A stretch of 64,000 nt of DNA from an uncultured Gemmatimonadales bacterium (lineage in GTDB: Bacteria; Gemmatimonadota; Gemmatimonadetes; Gemmatimonadales; GWC2-71-9). Below, piece by piece: positions 13,815 to 23,556 of this stretch (positions within the stretch are counted from its first letter, which is position 1; each line of letters starts with the position of its first letter). Under the pieces are notes generated by a model. That model made no database searches and was not told where the DNA came from. It saw only the letters and a list, made by a program, of their open reading frames with translations. The translations under genes were made by a program, and so were the position numbers. The stretch covers positions 117,711 to 181,710 of the forward strand of contig CAWJIM010000020.1 of the NCBI GenBank assembly GCA_963842945.1, in the 5' to 3' direction.

Positions 13815-14000
13815 TCACGTGGCCTTGTCAGCTGCCGTCTTCAGATCAGTGTTGGCCTTGGTGAAGATCGTCTTGATGGAAGCGCCCATGCCCTGAATGA
13901 GGACCACCACGCCGATCACGATCAGCCCGAGCAGCAGGGCGTACTCCGCCAGCCCTTGACCCGACTCATCGTTCCAAAACTTCCGTGCGAGTGCCATCAT
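13815..14000 (-). CDS. flp: Flp family type IVb pilin
   Basis: MMALARKFWNDESGQGLAEYALLLGLI..., 61 aa, Flp G/..EY motif; RBS GGAGGA upstream. Confidence 0.95.
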   Translation of the reverse strand: MMALARKFWNDESGQGLAEYALLLGLIVIGVVVLIQGMGASIKTIFTKANTDLKTAADKAT

Positions 14001-14457
14001 ACTTCTTCCTCCGCTGCTAGGTTGAGTGGAAACAGGACACAGGGGGACTCCGAAAAAACGGCGATCCCATGGGTGGCAGGACATCGAGGTCCCTGCCTGA
14101 AATTGCCGCCGAGTTTTCACGGGGGTGCTAATTGTCCGCTGAGGATGACTGGGTACGGCCATGATATAGCGCCGATTCCACGCCGACGCCAGTCCCACAA
14201 ACGGAAGAACCAGGCAATCTGCGACCCTGTGACCCATATCTCTTGTACTTTGAAGGACGGCCCCAAAGATATACAGCGCCTGACGCACCGCCGCTAGTGC
14301 CACCATCTCAGCAGCAGTAAGCACTCGGGCGGACCCTCAGGGCACAATCCTGGCCATGCGGGCCTATATTGGTTCTCGCCTATGCCCACGCAGCGCTGAA
14401 GTCGGCTCAATTCTTTTGAGACAGAATAAGCTTACATGGGGCATCCTCAGAAATCGC

Positions 14458-16066
14458 ATGGGACAACCGCTAGCACGGAGTGACGTGGTCACACCAACAG
14501 GTGATGTAGTGGCGGGACCACGATTGCGCCCGCCCTCCCTCCCGGCGGTGGTGTTCGGCCTTTTGGCCGCGGTGGTGCCGATTGCCTTGCAGATGCCGCT
14601 TCTGAATTCGGATGGAGATCTCGCCCGGCATCTGCGGCACGGGCGGTACATGCTGGAGCACGGAGGGCTGATCCGGGTAGATCCGTTCTCGTTTACCCGT
14701 CCAGGCGCGCCGTTCGTTGGGTTCGAATACGGAAGCCAGCTGCTCTATGCCCTGGCCGAGCGGCTGGGAGGCCTTCCCGCAGTCGCGATACTGGCTGGCC
14801 TGCTCATCGCCACGACCTATGCGGCTATGACGGCTTTCCTTCTGCGCCGGGGAGTCGATCCGCTACTCGCGTACCTCGTGGTCGCGCTCGCGGTAGTTCT
14901 GGGCATTGGCCATTGGAACGCCCGGCCACATCTCTTTTCCTTCCTCGCCACGCTGGTTCTCCTGAGCCTGCTGGAGGGAAGGCCGCGCAGGGCGGTGGCG
15001 GCCAGCGCCATCCTTTTTGCCGTGTGGGCCAACCTTCACGGAGGCTTCGTCTACGGCTGGATTCTCATCGGTATCTACCTGGCGGGAGCCTGGGGCGAGC
15101 TTCTCTGGGGAAACGAGCCAGCGTTCTGGCGGGAGCGGGTCAGGTACTATCTGGCGCTGCTCGGGACCGCCGTGGCGGCTACGCTGGTGAATCCTCATGG
15201 GCTGGAGCTCCACCGTCACCTCGTCGCGTTCTTTGGCACGCCTTTTCTGCGAGACCACACAGCAGAATTCGTATCCCCCAGATTTCCACGAGACGGGCGC
15301 AAAGGTGTTCCTTGCGGTGCTGCTGGTCATGTTTGGCGTGCTGTGTCTGCAGAGTCGACGCGCAAGCTTGCCTCGTCTGCTGCTGCTCGGTGCCAGTACG
15401 GCATTCGCCTTGATGGCGGTCCGCAACATTCCGCTCTTTGGACTCACGGCACTGCCCGTCTTTGCTCTTCATGTGGATTCCACCTGGCGAGGTCTGCCAG
15501 ACCCGCGCGGTGTGCGACACCGATTCGAGGTGAGTGCCGGGCAGACCTCCACCTGGCCGTGGGTGTTGCCAGTTACGATTGTCCTCCTTGTTCTGGCCCT
15601 GTCACACGGCCGGCTCGGGTCCATTCAGGTCATCAGAAACGACTTCGATGCATCAGTCTTCCCGGTGGCGGCCGTGGCAAAGGCCCGAGACGCGAAGCTC
15701 GAGGGGCGGCTCTTCAGTGATTTGGCCTGGGGAGGCTATCTCCTCTATGCCTGGCCGGAACAAAAGGTTTTCATCGACGGCGGCACCGACTTCTATGGCG
15801 AGGAGATCTTTCGGGAATATGTAGATGTCAAGTCGCTCAGCCCTGGCTGGCGCGAGATTTTGGACCGTTGGCGGATTTCCCTGATGCTGCTGGATCGGCA
15901 AACCACCTTGGCCCATGAGCTCGCGAGGGATGCCACCTGGAGTCAGTGGTACTGCGATTCACTCGCGGTCGTGTTCCGCCGCTCGTCTGCCAGCACGGTC
16001 GTGATACCAGCGGGTGCTGACTCTTCAGAGCGAGCACTCGATGCCTGCGGCGGCCCCTCCTCATAG
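14458..16066 (+). CDS. Polytopic membrane protein, putative GT-C glycosyltransferase (frameshifted)
   Basis: 'DGDLARHLRHG...DPFSFT', 'RPHLFS', 'WANLHGGF', 'NPHG', 'WGGYL...KVFIDG..DFYG' across ORFs 14356-15720 and 15197-16066. Confidence 0.65.
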
Positions 16067-16848
16067 GATTCTGCAACAACCACCAGAGATAAGCCCCATG
16101 GGAGCCCGACATGGCGGAGCAGGGCGGCTTCGGCGCTCAGGAGCACCGCCAGTGCCTCGTTAATCAGACCGGGAGGCAACCTGGTATCGGAGCGTGGCAC
16201 GGTACGGGGGCGTCGTTGCTGAAGCAGCCGGTACAGAGACAAGAGTGGGAATAACGTCGTATTCCAATAGGAGAGTCGACGGATCCGGAGTCGTTCCCTG
16301 GCTAAGAGGCCGCGGAGAGTGACCTTGCTATACCGCCGGAAATGCTGGAGCGCGGCGTCATGGTAGGAAAAGAGCCACTGGTGCGCCGGCACGCTGATGA
16401 TCATGCTGCCGCCGGGCCTCAGGACGCGAGCCATCTCCGTCATCGCACCGGAATCGTCCTTTATATGCTCCAGGACATCCGAGGCGATGACCACGTCGAA
16501 CGTCCCATCCCGAAACGGCAGCCGGACCCCATCGGCGCGGCAGTAGGAGCCTCCACCCCTGGCCTGGGCCAGCCGAACCGCGTGTGGGTCAGGCTCCACC
16601 CCGGTGACTGATCCGAACTGGCCGTAGCCTGTCGTGTTCCCGCCGGTTCCGCAGCCGTAGTCGAGAATCCGAAGCGCACCGGCTCGAGCGCCGCCAACTC
16701 TGGCCAGAAAGCTCACGAGCAAGCGCCGGCGCCCTCGAAACCACCAGTGAGTAAGTTCGACCAGGTGCATTGCCTGATATTCGGCCGGGAGCACTAATCC
16801 TCTCGAGTGGGCAGGTTTCTCTGGCTCTGATTCACCGGGCTCCCGCAA
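15943..16848 (-). CDS. Class I SAM-dependent methyltransferase (ends approximate)
   Basis: 'HWWFRGRR', 'ILDYGCGTG', 'DVLEHI', 'VPAHQWLFSYHD...HFRRY'. Confidence 0.9.
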   Translation of the reverse strand: MREPGESEPEKPAHSRGLVLPAEYQAMHLVELTHWWFRGRRRLLVSFLARVGGARAGALRILDYGCGTGGNTTGYGQFGSVTGVEPDPHAVRLAQARGGGSYCRADGVRLPFRDGTFDVVIASDVLEHIKDDSGAMTEMARVLRPGGSMIISVPAHQWLFSYHDAALQHFRRYSKVTLRGLLARERLRIRRLSYWNTTLFPLLSLYRLLQQRRPRTVPRSDTRLPPGLINEALAVLLSAEAALLRHVGLPWGLSLVVVAESYEEGPPQASSARSEESAPAGITTVLADERRNTTASESQYH

Positions 16849-16881
16849 AGTCGGCCAGGACCCGACGCTGGACGTAGAGCT

Positions 16882-18468
16882 CTACTGCGGACTGGGCCGT
16901 CCATTCTGCACCCTGGTGAACCGGAAGAGCTCGGTGCCAGGCGACCAGTAGGTCTCATCGGGCAGGGGTTTGAGATCGGCCTGGAAATACTCGCGGAATA
17001 CCATGCGAAAGACGTTAACTGGACTGATCGAGTCGTCTACGATCGAGGCATCAGCACCGGGCAGATAATACGCTGCGAAGATGTCGGCCCGCTCCGCTGC
17101 CCGGTCCGGTGTAACGGCATCGATCGCGGGGATGTGAAGGGGCATCCTGCCGTGTCCGTGATCGCTCTGCAAAAGGATTACGGGCTGGGACGGAGAGTCA
17201 GTGAGCAGATGCCCTACAATCGATTCCAACCGCTGATTGAGACAGGTGATCTGGGCGATGTAGGCCTGCTTTTCCGGCCTTTCGTCTTTAACCACGAAAT
17301 ATGAAGGCCAGAACGGTGGACGGACACTGCAATCTGCGTTGAAGATATAGGGCTCGTGAGGAACGGTCAGGTGCGCAAACACAAAGAATGGCCGTCCATC
17401 CCTGGGCCAGGTCGGCACTTGACGCAGCTGCCCGAATTTCCACTCCATAAGCTCCGCTTCATCGGCAAACGGCGTGACCCGGCGGGGGCAGTCAATGCGT
17501 TGACAAACCCAGCTGATCACCGGCTCGGCCAGCGTGGTGCGCCGCCAGACAATCTCGAATTCGCTGAGAATCTGTCGCGGGTTGGGCACCTGGACGTCCG
17601 CCAGGCGGTTAGTGGCAGTGAAGGGAAAAGCGGTCGGGAAGAAGATGAATCGGTAGCCGCGCGCCTTCAGGAATCGCCAGACGGCGTTGTCCTCTACCAG
17701 ATGGTTCACATAGGCCTTATTGCGGCGCTGGGTCTCCGGCGCCCGGGGGAGGTTGTCCAGGTAGCCATAATTGAGCAGGGACGCCAGTGAAAGCGCGGTG
17801 TAGATGTAATTGGCTTGTGCGTGGCCAGGGAGCACGAACCCGCGCCGGCGGAGGAAGGTCTCGAATTCCGAGTTGTCGAAATCAAAGTTGCTCTTCAATG
17901 AGCGGCTACCGGTATACTTGTCCAGCACAATCAGATAGATGTCCGGACTGCGCTTCGGGTTTGCGCTGGCTGAGCTGGCCGGACGAACGGCACCCACCAC
18001 GTCTCCATCCGGCGGGTACGATCGGATTCTCTCCCGGAGGAGAACGGCCACGTTCCAGAGCACCAGGATGCTGGTGAGTACCGTTAAGAAACGAGTCAGA
18101 TGTCGCCGGTTGGGAATCAGCCTGAACAGGAGATAAGTAGCGGCGGCGAGGTAGCTCGCCAGAAGCACGAACGGAACGATGGTATGAGCAATGGGCGCCG
18201 CCCAGGCGATCTCCTCGAGCTCCAGAATGAAGTAGCCGTACGACGTAAACAGGAGTACGAGCATGAAAGTGACGAACGCTCGGCCATCCGGGTCGTGAAT
18301 GACCACAGTGAGCAGGACCCATGCAAGGACGGCGACGAGGAGGGAGAGACCTATTGGCGATAGCAGCACCCACAGCCCGGGAATCTCCCCAGGATTGGCG
18401 GCCGCTAGGGCAAGCACAGGATAGACGGCTGCGAGCAAGGGGTAGACCACCAAGCGCCGCGTTGTCAC
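16882..18468 (-). CDS. Membrane-anchored sulfatase-like/alkaline-phosphatase-superfamily protein (LtaS-like architecture)
   Basis: About five N-terminal TMs, then 'PDIYLIVLDKY', 'PHEPY', 'QSDHG'. Confidence 0.75.
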   Translation of the reverse strand: MTTRRLVVYPLLAAVYPVLALAAANPGEIPGLWVLLSPIGLSLLVAVLAWVLLTVVIHDPDGRAFVTFMLVLLFTSYGYFILELEEIAWAAPIAHTIVPFVLLASYLAAATYLLFRLIPNRRHLTRFLTVLTSILVLWNVAVLLRERIRSYPPDGDVVGAVRPASSASANPKRSPDIYLIVLDKYTGSRSLKSNFDFDNSEFETFLRRRGFVLPGHAQANYIYTALSLASLLNYGYLDNLPRAPETQRRNKAYVNHLVEDNAVWRFLKARGYRFIFFPTAFPFTATNRLADVQVPNPRQILSEFEIVWRRTTLAEPVISWVCQRIDCPRRVTPFADEAELMEWKFGQLRQVPTWPRDGRPFFVFAHLTVPHEPYIFNADCSVRPPFWPSYFVVKDERPEKQAYIAQITCLNQRLESIVGHLLTDSPSQPVILLQSDHGHGRMPLHIPAIDAVTPDRAAERADIFAAYYLPGADASIVDDSISPVNVFRMVFREYFQADLKPLPDETYWSPGTELFRFTRVQNGRPSPQ

Positions 18469-18542
18469 GTCTATTTGGAGCCTTTAGACCCTCGGAGCAG
18501 CTGAGAGAGTGCTCCCGCGGTCATGGGGGTAGGTTCGGCGAC

Positions 18543-19428
18543 TCAGGTGGGGCGAAGTGCAGTAGTGTTGGCAACCGATGGAACTACCGCAGGTTCAGGC
18601 ACGTCTTCCCTGGATTTGTCAGACTCAGTGATTCTGCCAGCGGACTTGAACGAGGGCGGCGGGGCTGTCGTCGGACCCAACGTTGCCAAGTGGGGCTCGC
18701 CGTACTCTCCCCGGAGCCAGTTGGCCCGGATCCGGAACAAATCAATGGCCATGGCCAGGGAGTCTCCAGCCAATCGGACCTTTGATCCAGGCTGGTGGGT
18801 CCAGTTTACCGGCACCTCAGCCACCTGGTAGCCCCGTTTGCGAGCCATCAGCAGGACCTCGACATCGAAGCTGAAGCCGTTCATTCGCATGCGGGAGAAG
18901 AGTTCCTGTGCCACCGAGAAGCGAAAGAGCTTGAACCCGCACTGAGTATCCTTCACACCAGCATCCGCCAGTTGCTCAACCAGGAGATGGAACGTACGGC
19001 CGATGAGGTGACGATACAGCTTGGCCTTGACTCGGGTCCCCTCCTCCCGCAATGCCCGCGAGCCCACCGCGATATCCGCGCCCCCGGCGAGCGCATGCTC
19101 CAGACGCTCGACCTCGCTGAACGGCGTTGCGCCATCCGCATCGGCGAACAGCAAGTTGTGCCCCAACGCATTCAGCATTCCGGTTCTGACGGCATAGCCC
19201 TTTCCCTGGTTGGCGGCCAGGCGGATCAGCCTGAGTTCGGCGTATTGTTGGCAGAGCTGTCGCCCGACCGAGCTGGTGTCATCTTCGCTCCCATCGTCGA
19301 CCAGGATCACCTCGAAGACGCGGCGAGCCCGCCGGCAATAGTCAACGATGTCTCCGGACCGTTGGTCCGATCCGGGAGCCTTCATTGTACGCCGGAATAA
19401 TGATCGACAGGTCTGGCGTTTGGGCCAT
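18543..19428 (-). CDS. GT2 polyprenol-phosphate glycosyltransferase (Alg5/DPG-synthase-like), 5' frameshift
   Basis: 'LSIIIPAYNE', 'VDDGSED', 'NQGKGYAV', 'FADADG', 'DTQCGFK', 'FSFDVE'. Confidence 0.9.
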
Positions 19429-19526
19429 GGGCCTCGGGCTACGATTTATTCGGTAGAGTGAGTTGCAGCTTGTGGGCTCGGGCTGACTCAGATCCTGAAC
19501 AAATTGCACAAACGGCCCTCTGGGCG

Positions 19527-21778
19527 CTAGTTGGTTCGCCGAGTGTCCCTGGTGGTATCGGGTTTGACGCCTGATTCAGTTCTTCCCGCTGCCGCCGCAA
19601 TTCTCGGTAAGTGGAAGACCTTGAAGATGTTAGAGAAATCGTCGGTCCACAGTGCTACGCCTGGCTGGGTCCGGAGCGGACGCCATCGTTGATTGGCCGG
19701 CAAGAGCCCCAACCGGGATTGCTGACGAGCCGCCGTCGCCCAAACGGATGGGTTTCCGCCCGCGTCGGCGTCTTTTTGGGGAAGCTTTCAGGTTCGCCCG
19801 GATGAGGCCGGTGAGCTTGGTGGCCCCAATTGACCGCGCCACGACAGGCTCGAGGTTGAGATAGCGGTTGCTGAGGTGAAAGAGCAGGACCCCGTCAGGT
19901 GCCAGTCTGCTGAGATAAGCCGACAGGGCCTCCAGGGTGAGCAAATGCAGCGGAATGGCGTCCGAGGTGAACGCATCCAGAACGATCAAATCGTAATAGT
20001 GTGGGGTGCCTTCAACATCGAAAGCCGTCCGTCTCCCAGCACAACGTTTACTTTGGCGGGGGTATCCTGCAGATAGGTGAAATACCTGCTGTCTCGAGCC
20101 AATCTGGCAATATCCGGATCTATTTCGTAAAAGGTCCACTCCTCGCCTTGACGGGCATAGGCGGCAAGCCCCCCAGTGCCCAGACCTATGACCGCCACCT
20201 TCCGCCCAGGCGTAGCGGGTACGCTGCTGAAGAAGTCCCCTAGGGGACCACCTCGATAGTAGTAGCTGGCCGGTTCTCGGCGCCTGGCTGGGTCCGTGCT
20301 CTGAGCTCCATGCTTGGTGGTCCCATGCAGCAGCACCCGGGTTCTGTGGCCGGCATCTTCGATTACTTCTCGCACCCCGAAGAAATTGCGTTCCCGCAAC
20401 AGAACTCCCGGCCGGGTTTCCCTGACGACATACCCGGCGAGCAGTATTCCGGCTAGGGCGAGAGTGAATCTGAGAGGATCCCGGCTCATCCGCAGGCAGA
20501 TCACCGCGGCTATGACCGAGGCCGCAAGAACCGCTGCCACCACTGGCCGATCGCCGATGCCGACACGGGTGACCAATAAGATCGCGCAGCCGAAGCCTAT
20601 CAGCGCCGCGTCTCGATACCGCGCGCGGGGACCGGGCTCTGGCTGCGCAGTTCGCGGACGAACCGCACAGGCGAGCAGCAGGGTGATTGGATATTCCAGG
20701 ATCGAGTCGAAAAAGGCGGGAGCCACCACTGCATTGAAGACACCTCCCAGCACGCCGCCCACCGCAAGACACAGATAAAAGTCGGTCAGGCGAGCTACCG
20801 GAGGCTTGGTTCGGGCCAGTTCACCGTGGCAGACCAAGGCCGTCATGAAGAAGACGATCAAATGGAACGGCAGGAGCCATGGCGCCGATGCGGATGGTCC
20901 CCAGAAATCCACGACGGCAAGGAGGATGAGGCCGATCGGCTGCCAGCGCACGAGCACTGAATGAGGGAAAATCGAACGCCGGCCGAATACCATCGTGAAC
21001 GACAGCAGGTAGAGCACCAGCGGCACGATCCACAGGAGAGGCACCGCCGCCACGTCCGTCGTGAGATGGGTAGTCAGGGCCAGAAAAAAGCTCGAGGGCA
21101 CGAATGCCAGAAGCGTCCACCGAAGCATCGTGCCGGTCGGGACGCGAGGTGCCAGCTCGCTGGTCCTCTCCCGATCCTCCCCTACAAAACCCCTTTTGAG
21201 GTACACCGCCGCAATCACTACGAGGAGGATGAGAAACAGGTACCCGATGCTCCAGAGCCTCGCCTGCCCCCGGAGCGGAATCAGCGGCTCCAGTACGAAA
21301 GGGGTAGCTCAGCAGCGCCAGCATGCTACCCAGGTTGCTCGCGGCGTAGAGGAAGTACGGGCTCTCTGCCTGTCGGATGAGCGGTCTTGGAAAACCACAC
21401 CTGTAACAGGGGGCCGGTGCTCGAGAGAAGCGTGAACGGCGCACCGAGCGACAGAGTAAGTACCCAGAGAAGCCACGCATTCGGGTGCTCGAATCGAAAG
21501 GCACCTGAGGTGCCGGCAACGCTGATCGGCAGACTCAGCAGACAGAGGGCGAGCAGCCCGATGTGCAACAGGGTGTGACGTCGGAGACCCAACCATCTGG
21601 GGCCCAAGTGCGCGTAGAGATAGCCCAGCAGGAGCGCGCCCTGAAAGAAGAGCATGCAGGTAGTCCATACCGCAGGGCTGCCCCCCAGCAGGGGAAGCAC
21701 CATCTTGCCGAACATCGGCTCGACGACAAAGAGCAGTGCCGCGCTTAGGAAAACGGCCAGCGTGAACGCCAGTCCCAT
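19527..21778 (-). CDS. Fused MFS-like/spermidine synthase protein (frameshifted)
   Basis: 'LFVVEPMFGKMVLPLLGGSPAVW', 'CHGELA', 'HGTTKHG', 'IGLGTG', 'YEIDP', 'LDAFTSDAIPLHLLT', 'WTDDFSN'. Confidence 0.88.
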
Positions 21779-21966
21779 AGTCCGCCAGAGTTGTGATGCT
21801 TGATCGAGTTCATCCGGCAGCTTCGTAGCCAGTTCTTCTCGGCCCGCTAGCTGGCCATGTCGCTTGGGAGTTCCTCGGTGCGGGCGGGAGCCAGCTGCAC
21901 GCCCCCGAGGGGGAAGGGGAGCGTGAAATCCTAAACACAATCAAAAGCCGGATACGGTACCAGCGG

Positions 21967-22173
21967 TTACCGCCGCCTACTCCAGTTCCTGGCCAGCTGA
22001 ATCGCGGCGAAAACCAGCAAAACTACGGCAGCGAACCACATGATGAAGGACAGCCAACCCGTTGTCATTATTGCACCGCCCACGAACAGCAGAGCAAGCG
22101 CGGCCAGCCGAAGTGCGGGGGTAAGCGGCCACTGCGGGGCTCTTGGTGCAGTCATCGCAATCCTCTTCATCAA
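21967..22173 (-). CDS. Small two-TM membrane protein
   Basis: 68-aa ORF with two hydrophobic helices. Confidence 0.5.
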   Translation of the reverse strand: MMKRIAMTAPRAPQWPLTPALRLAALALLFVGGAIMTTGWLSFIMWFAAVVLLVFAAIQLARNWSRRR

Positions 22174-22463
22174 AGGGTGGGCCGGCTGGGCTCGGAAATG
22201 GACAACCTACGGGTACACAGGCCCAGTTTTTGAGAAGGCAGTTATGCCTCCAGCCTGCGACCCGGTGTTCCGGACGAGCGTTCCTATGATGGTGATGAGA
22301 GTTCGAATGCTTACGATCAAACCGCGCAACAGTATAGCTGCCGACCTGCTTGCTCGCCACCGTCTTTTGGCCCACTATCACAAGGTGTAGGTGTCTACCA
22401 GCGCAAACCGTTCCCGCGCTGTAGACTTGTAAGGTCGTTCCCAACCCGATCGACTCAGGTCTC

Positions 22464-23129
22464 ATGGCTGTGCACTACATACGTATCGCACTGTGCTTGT
22501 TGGGCTTAACCACCCCGGGCACCGCGTTCGGCCAGACCCCGGCCGGCGACAGCACGGCCCGATCACCCCGAGACAGCTCCCCAGCCCTCACCGATAGTGC
22601 GGCCAACAGCGCCTCCACCGGTGACAGTGCGTCAGCGGATACCACCCGTTCGGCCTCCGACAGCTCTCAGCCGGCGACCCGGGAGAACCCTGCCGGGGCA
22701 CCTGGCGAGCAGGGGGCCCCCGATACCGCCCGGGCACGTGGAGCGGTGGACTCGATCAAGCCGGCTGCGGCAGCCGCGCCACCGCCGACAGACAGTATCC
22801 TGAGTTCGGCCTGCAGTAGTTCTGCCGGCCCGACGAGCACAGCGCCGGACCTGCTGGTCGTCACTTTCACGCCGGAAACCGGAAAAGCTGACCGCGCCGC
22901 GGCAGCCAGAAGCGTCAAAGGCAGGCTGCTGGGTCAAGCGGTTTCGGAGCCGGGGGCCTACTACTTGTGGGTGCCGGCGGCGGGCCAGGAATACCGGCTG
23001 AGAGCCGCCGCCGACCAGCTGATTCAACAGCCCCAGGTACGGCAGGTCGGGTCCCGCGCCTGTCCACCGGCTCCGCCGGCCGATACTACTCGTCCGGGGC
23101 CGACTACTCGGCAGCTTCCAAAGGGTTGA
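22464..23129 (+). CDS. Secreted protein: signal peptide, S/T/A/P-rich linker, small alpha/beta C-terminal domain
   Basis: Signal ending 'AFG/Q', low-complexity linker, domain 'LLVVTF...YYLWVP...AADQLIQQPQVRQV' flanked by two Cys. Confidence 0.7.
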   Translation: MAVHYIRIALCLLGLTTPGTAFGQTPAGDSTARSPRDSSPALTDSAANSASTGDSASADTTRSASDSSQPATRENPAGAPGEQGAPDTARARGAVDSIKPAAAAAPPPTDSILSSACSSSAGPTSTAPDLLVVTFTPETGKADRAAAARSVKGRLLGQAVSEPGAYYLWVPAAGQEYRLRAAADQLIQQPQVRQVGSRACPPAPPADTTRPGPTTRQLPKG

Positions 23130-23307
23130 GCCTCGGTCCGCTGTGCTGGTCGGAAATGGTCGTGTGCGTGGCGCTGAGCTGAGCGGCAACTGGTTCTGCT
23201 GGTGCGGAAGGTCCGGAAGGACCGTCGTACGGCCGGCATCCAGGCACCAGCATGGCGCCCAGAATGACAGCCACAATGAAGGCGAAACCCCGTGGGGCGG
23301 ACAGCAC
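23104..23307 (-). CDS. 67-aa putative lipoprotein downstream of riboswitch
   Basis: GAAGGAGG RBS then GTG; hydrophobic stretch ending 'LVPGC'. Confidence 0.5.
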   Translation of the reverse strand: MLSAPRGFAFIVAVILGAMLVPGCRPYDGPSGPSAPAEPVAAQLSATHTTISDQHSGPRLNPLEAAE

Positions 23308-23321
23308 AAACCCTCCTTCGG

Positions 23322-23428
23322 TTCGTTCGGCGACCCGACCGGCATGGCCCGGCGCGTCAATGCGCAATGGGCGTTAGCCTCGTGGCTTTGCGTCCCCGCC
23401 TTTCGACGGGTTTGCCTTTGTCGCGACC
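23322..23428 (-). ncRNA. c-di-GMP-I (GEMM) riboswitch
   Basis: Minus strand reads GACAAAGGCAAACCCGTCGAAAGGCGGGGACGCAAAGCCACGAGGCTAA...ATGCCGGTCGGGTCGCCGAA: GGCAAACC, GAAA tetraloop, GACGCAAAGC, CTAA/ATG receptor, 3' GCCGA. Confidence 0.92.
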
Positions 23429-23556
23429 CTCGCTAGAGGGTACGATCCTGCCGTTCAGTTATGAGTGGGTGGGTCAGCGCCAGAACAACGGCTGACTTCC
23501 AGCCGAAGTATCGGTCTCTGCGTCGGCAAACTGAGGTCTGGTCGCTGGCTGGGAAG

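Noticed and set aside
13815..14324. 169-aa extended pilin ORF
   Set aside because: RBS and Flp leader place the start at 14000; the extension is non-coding leader.
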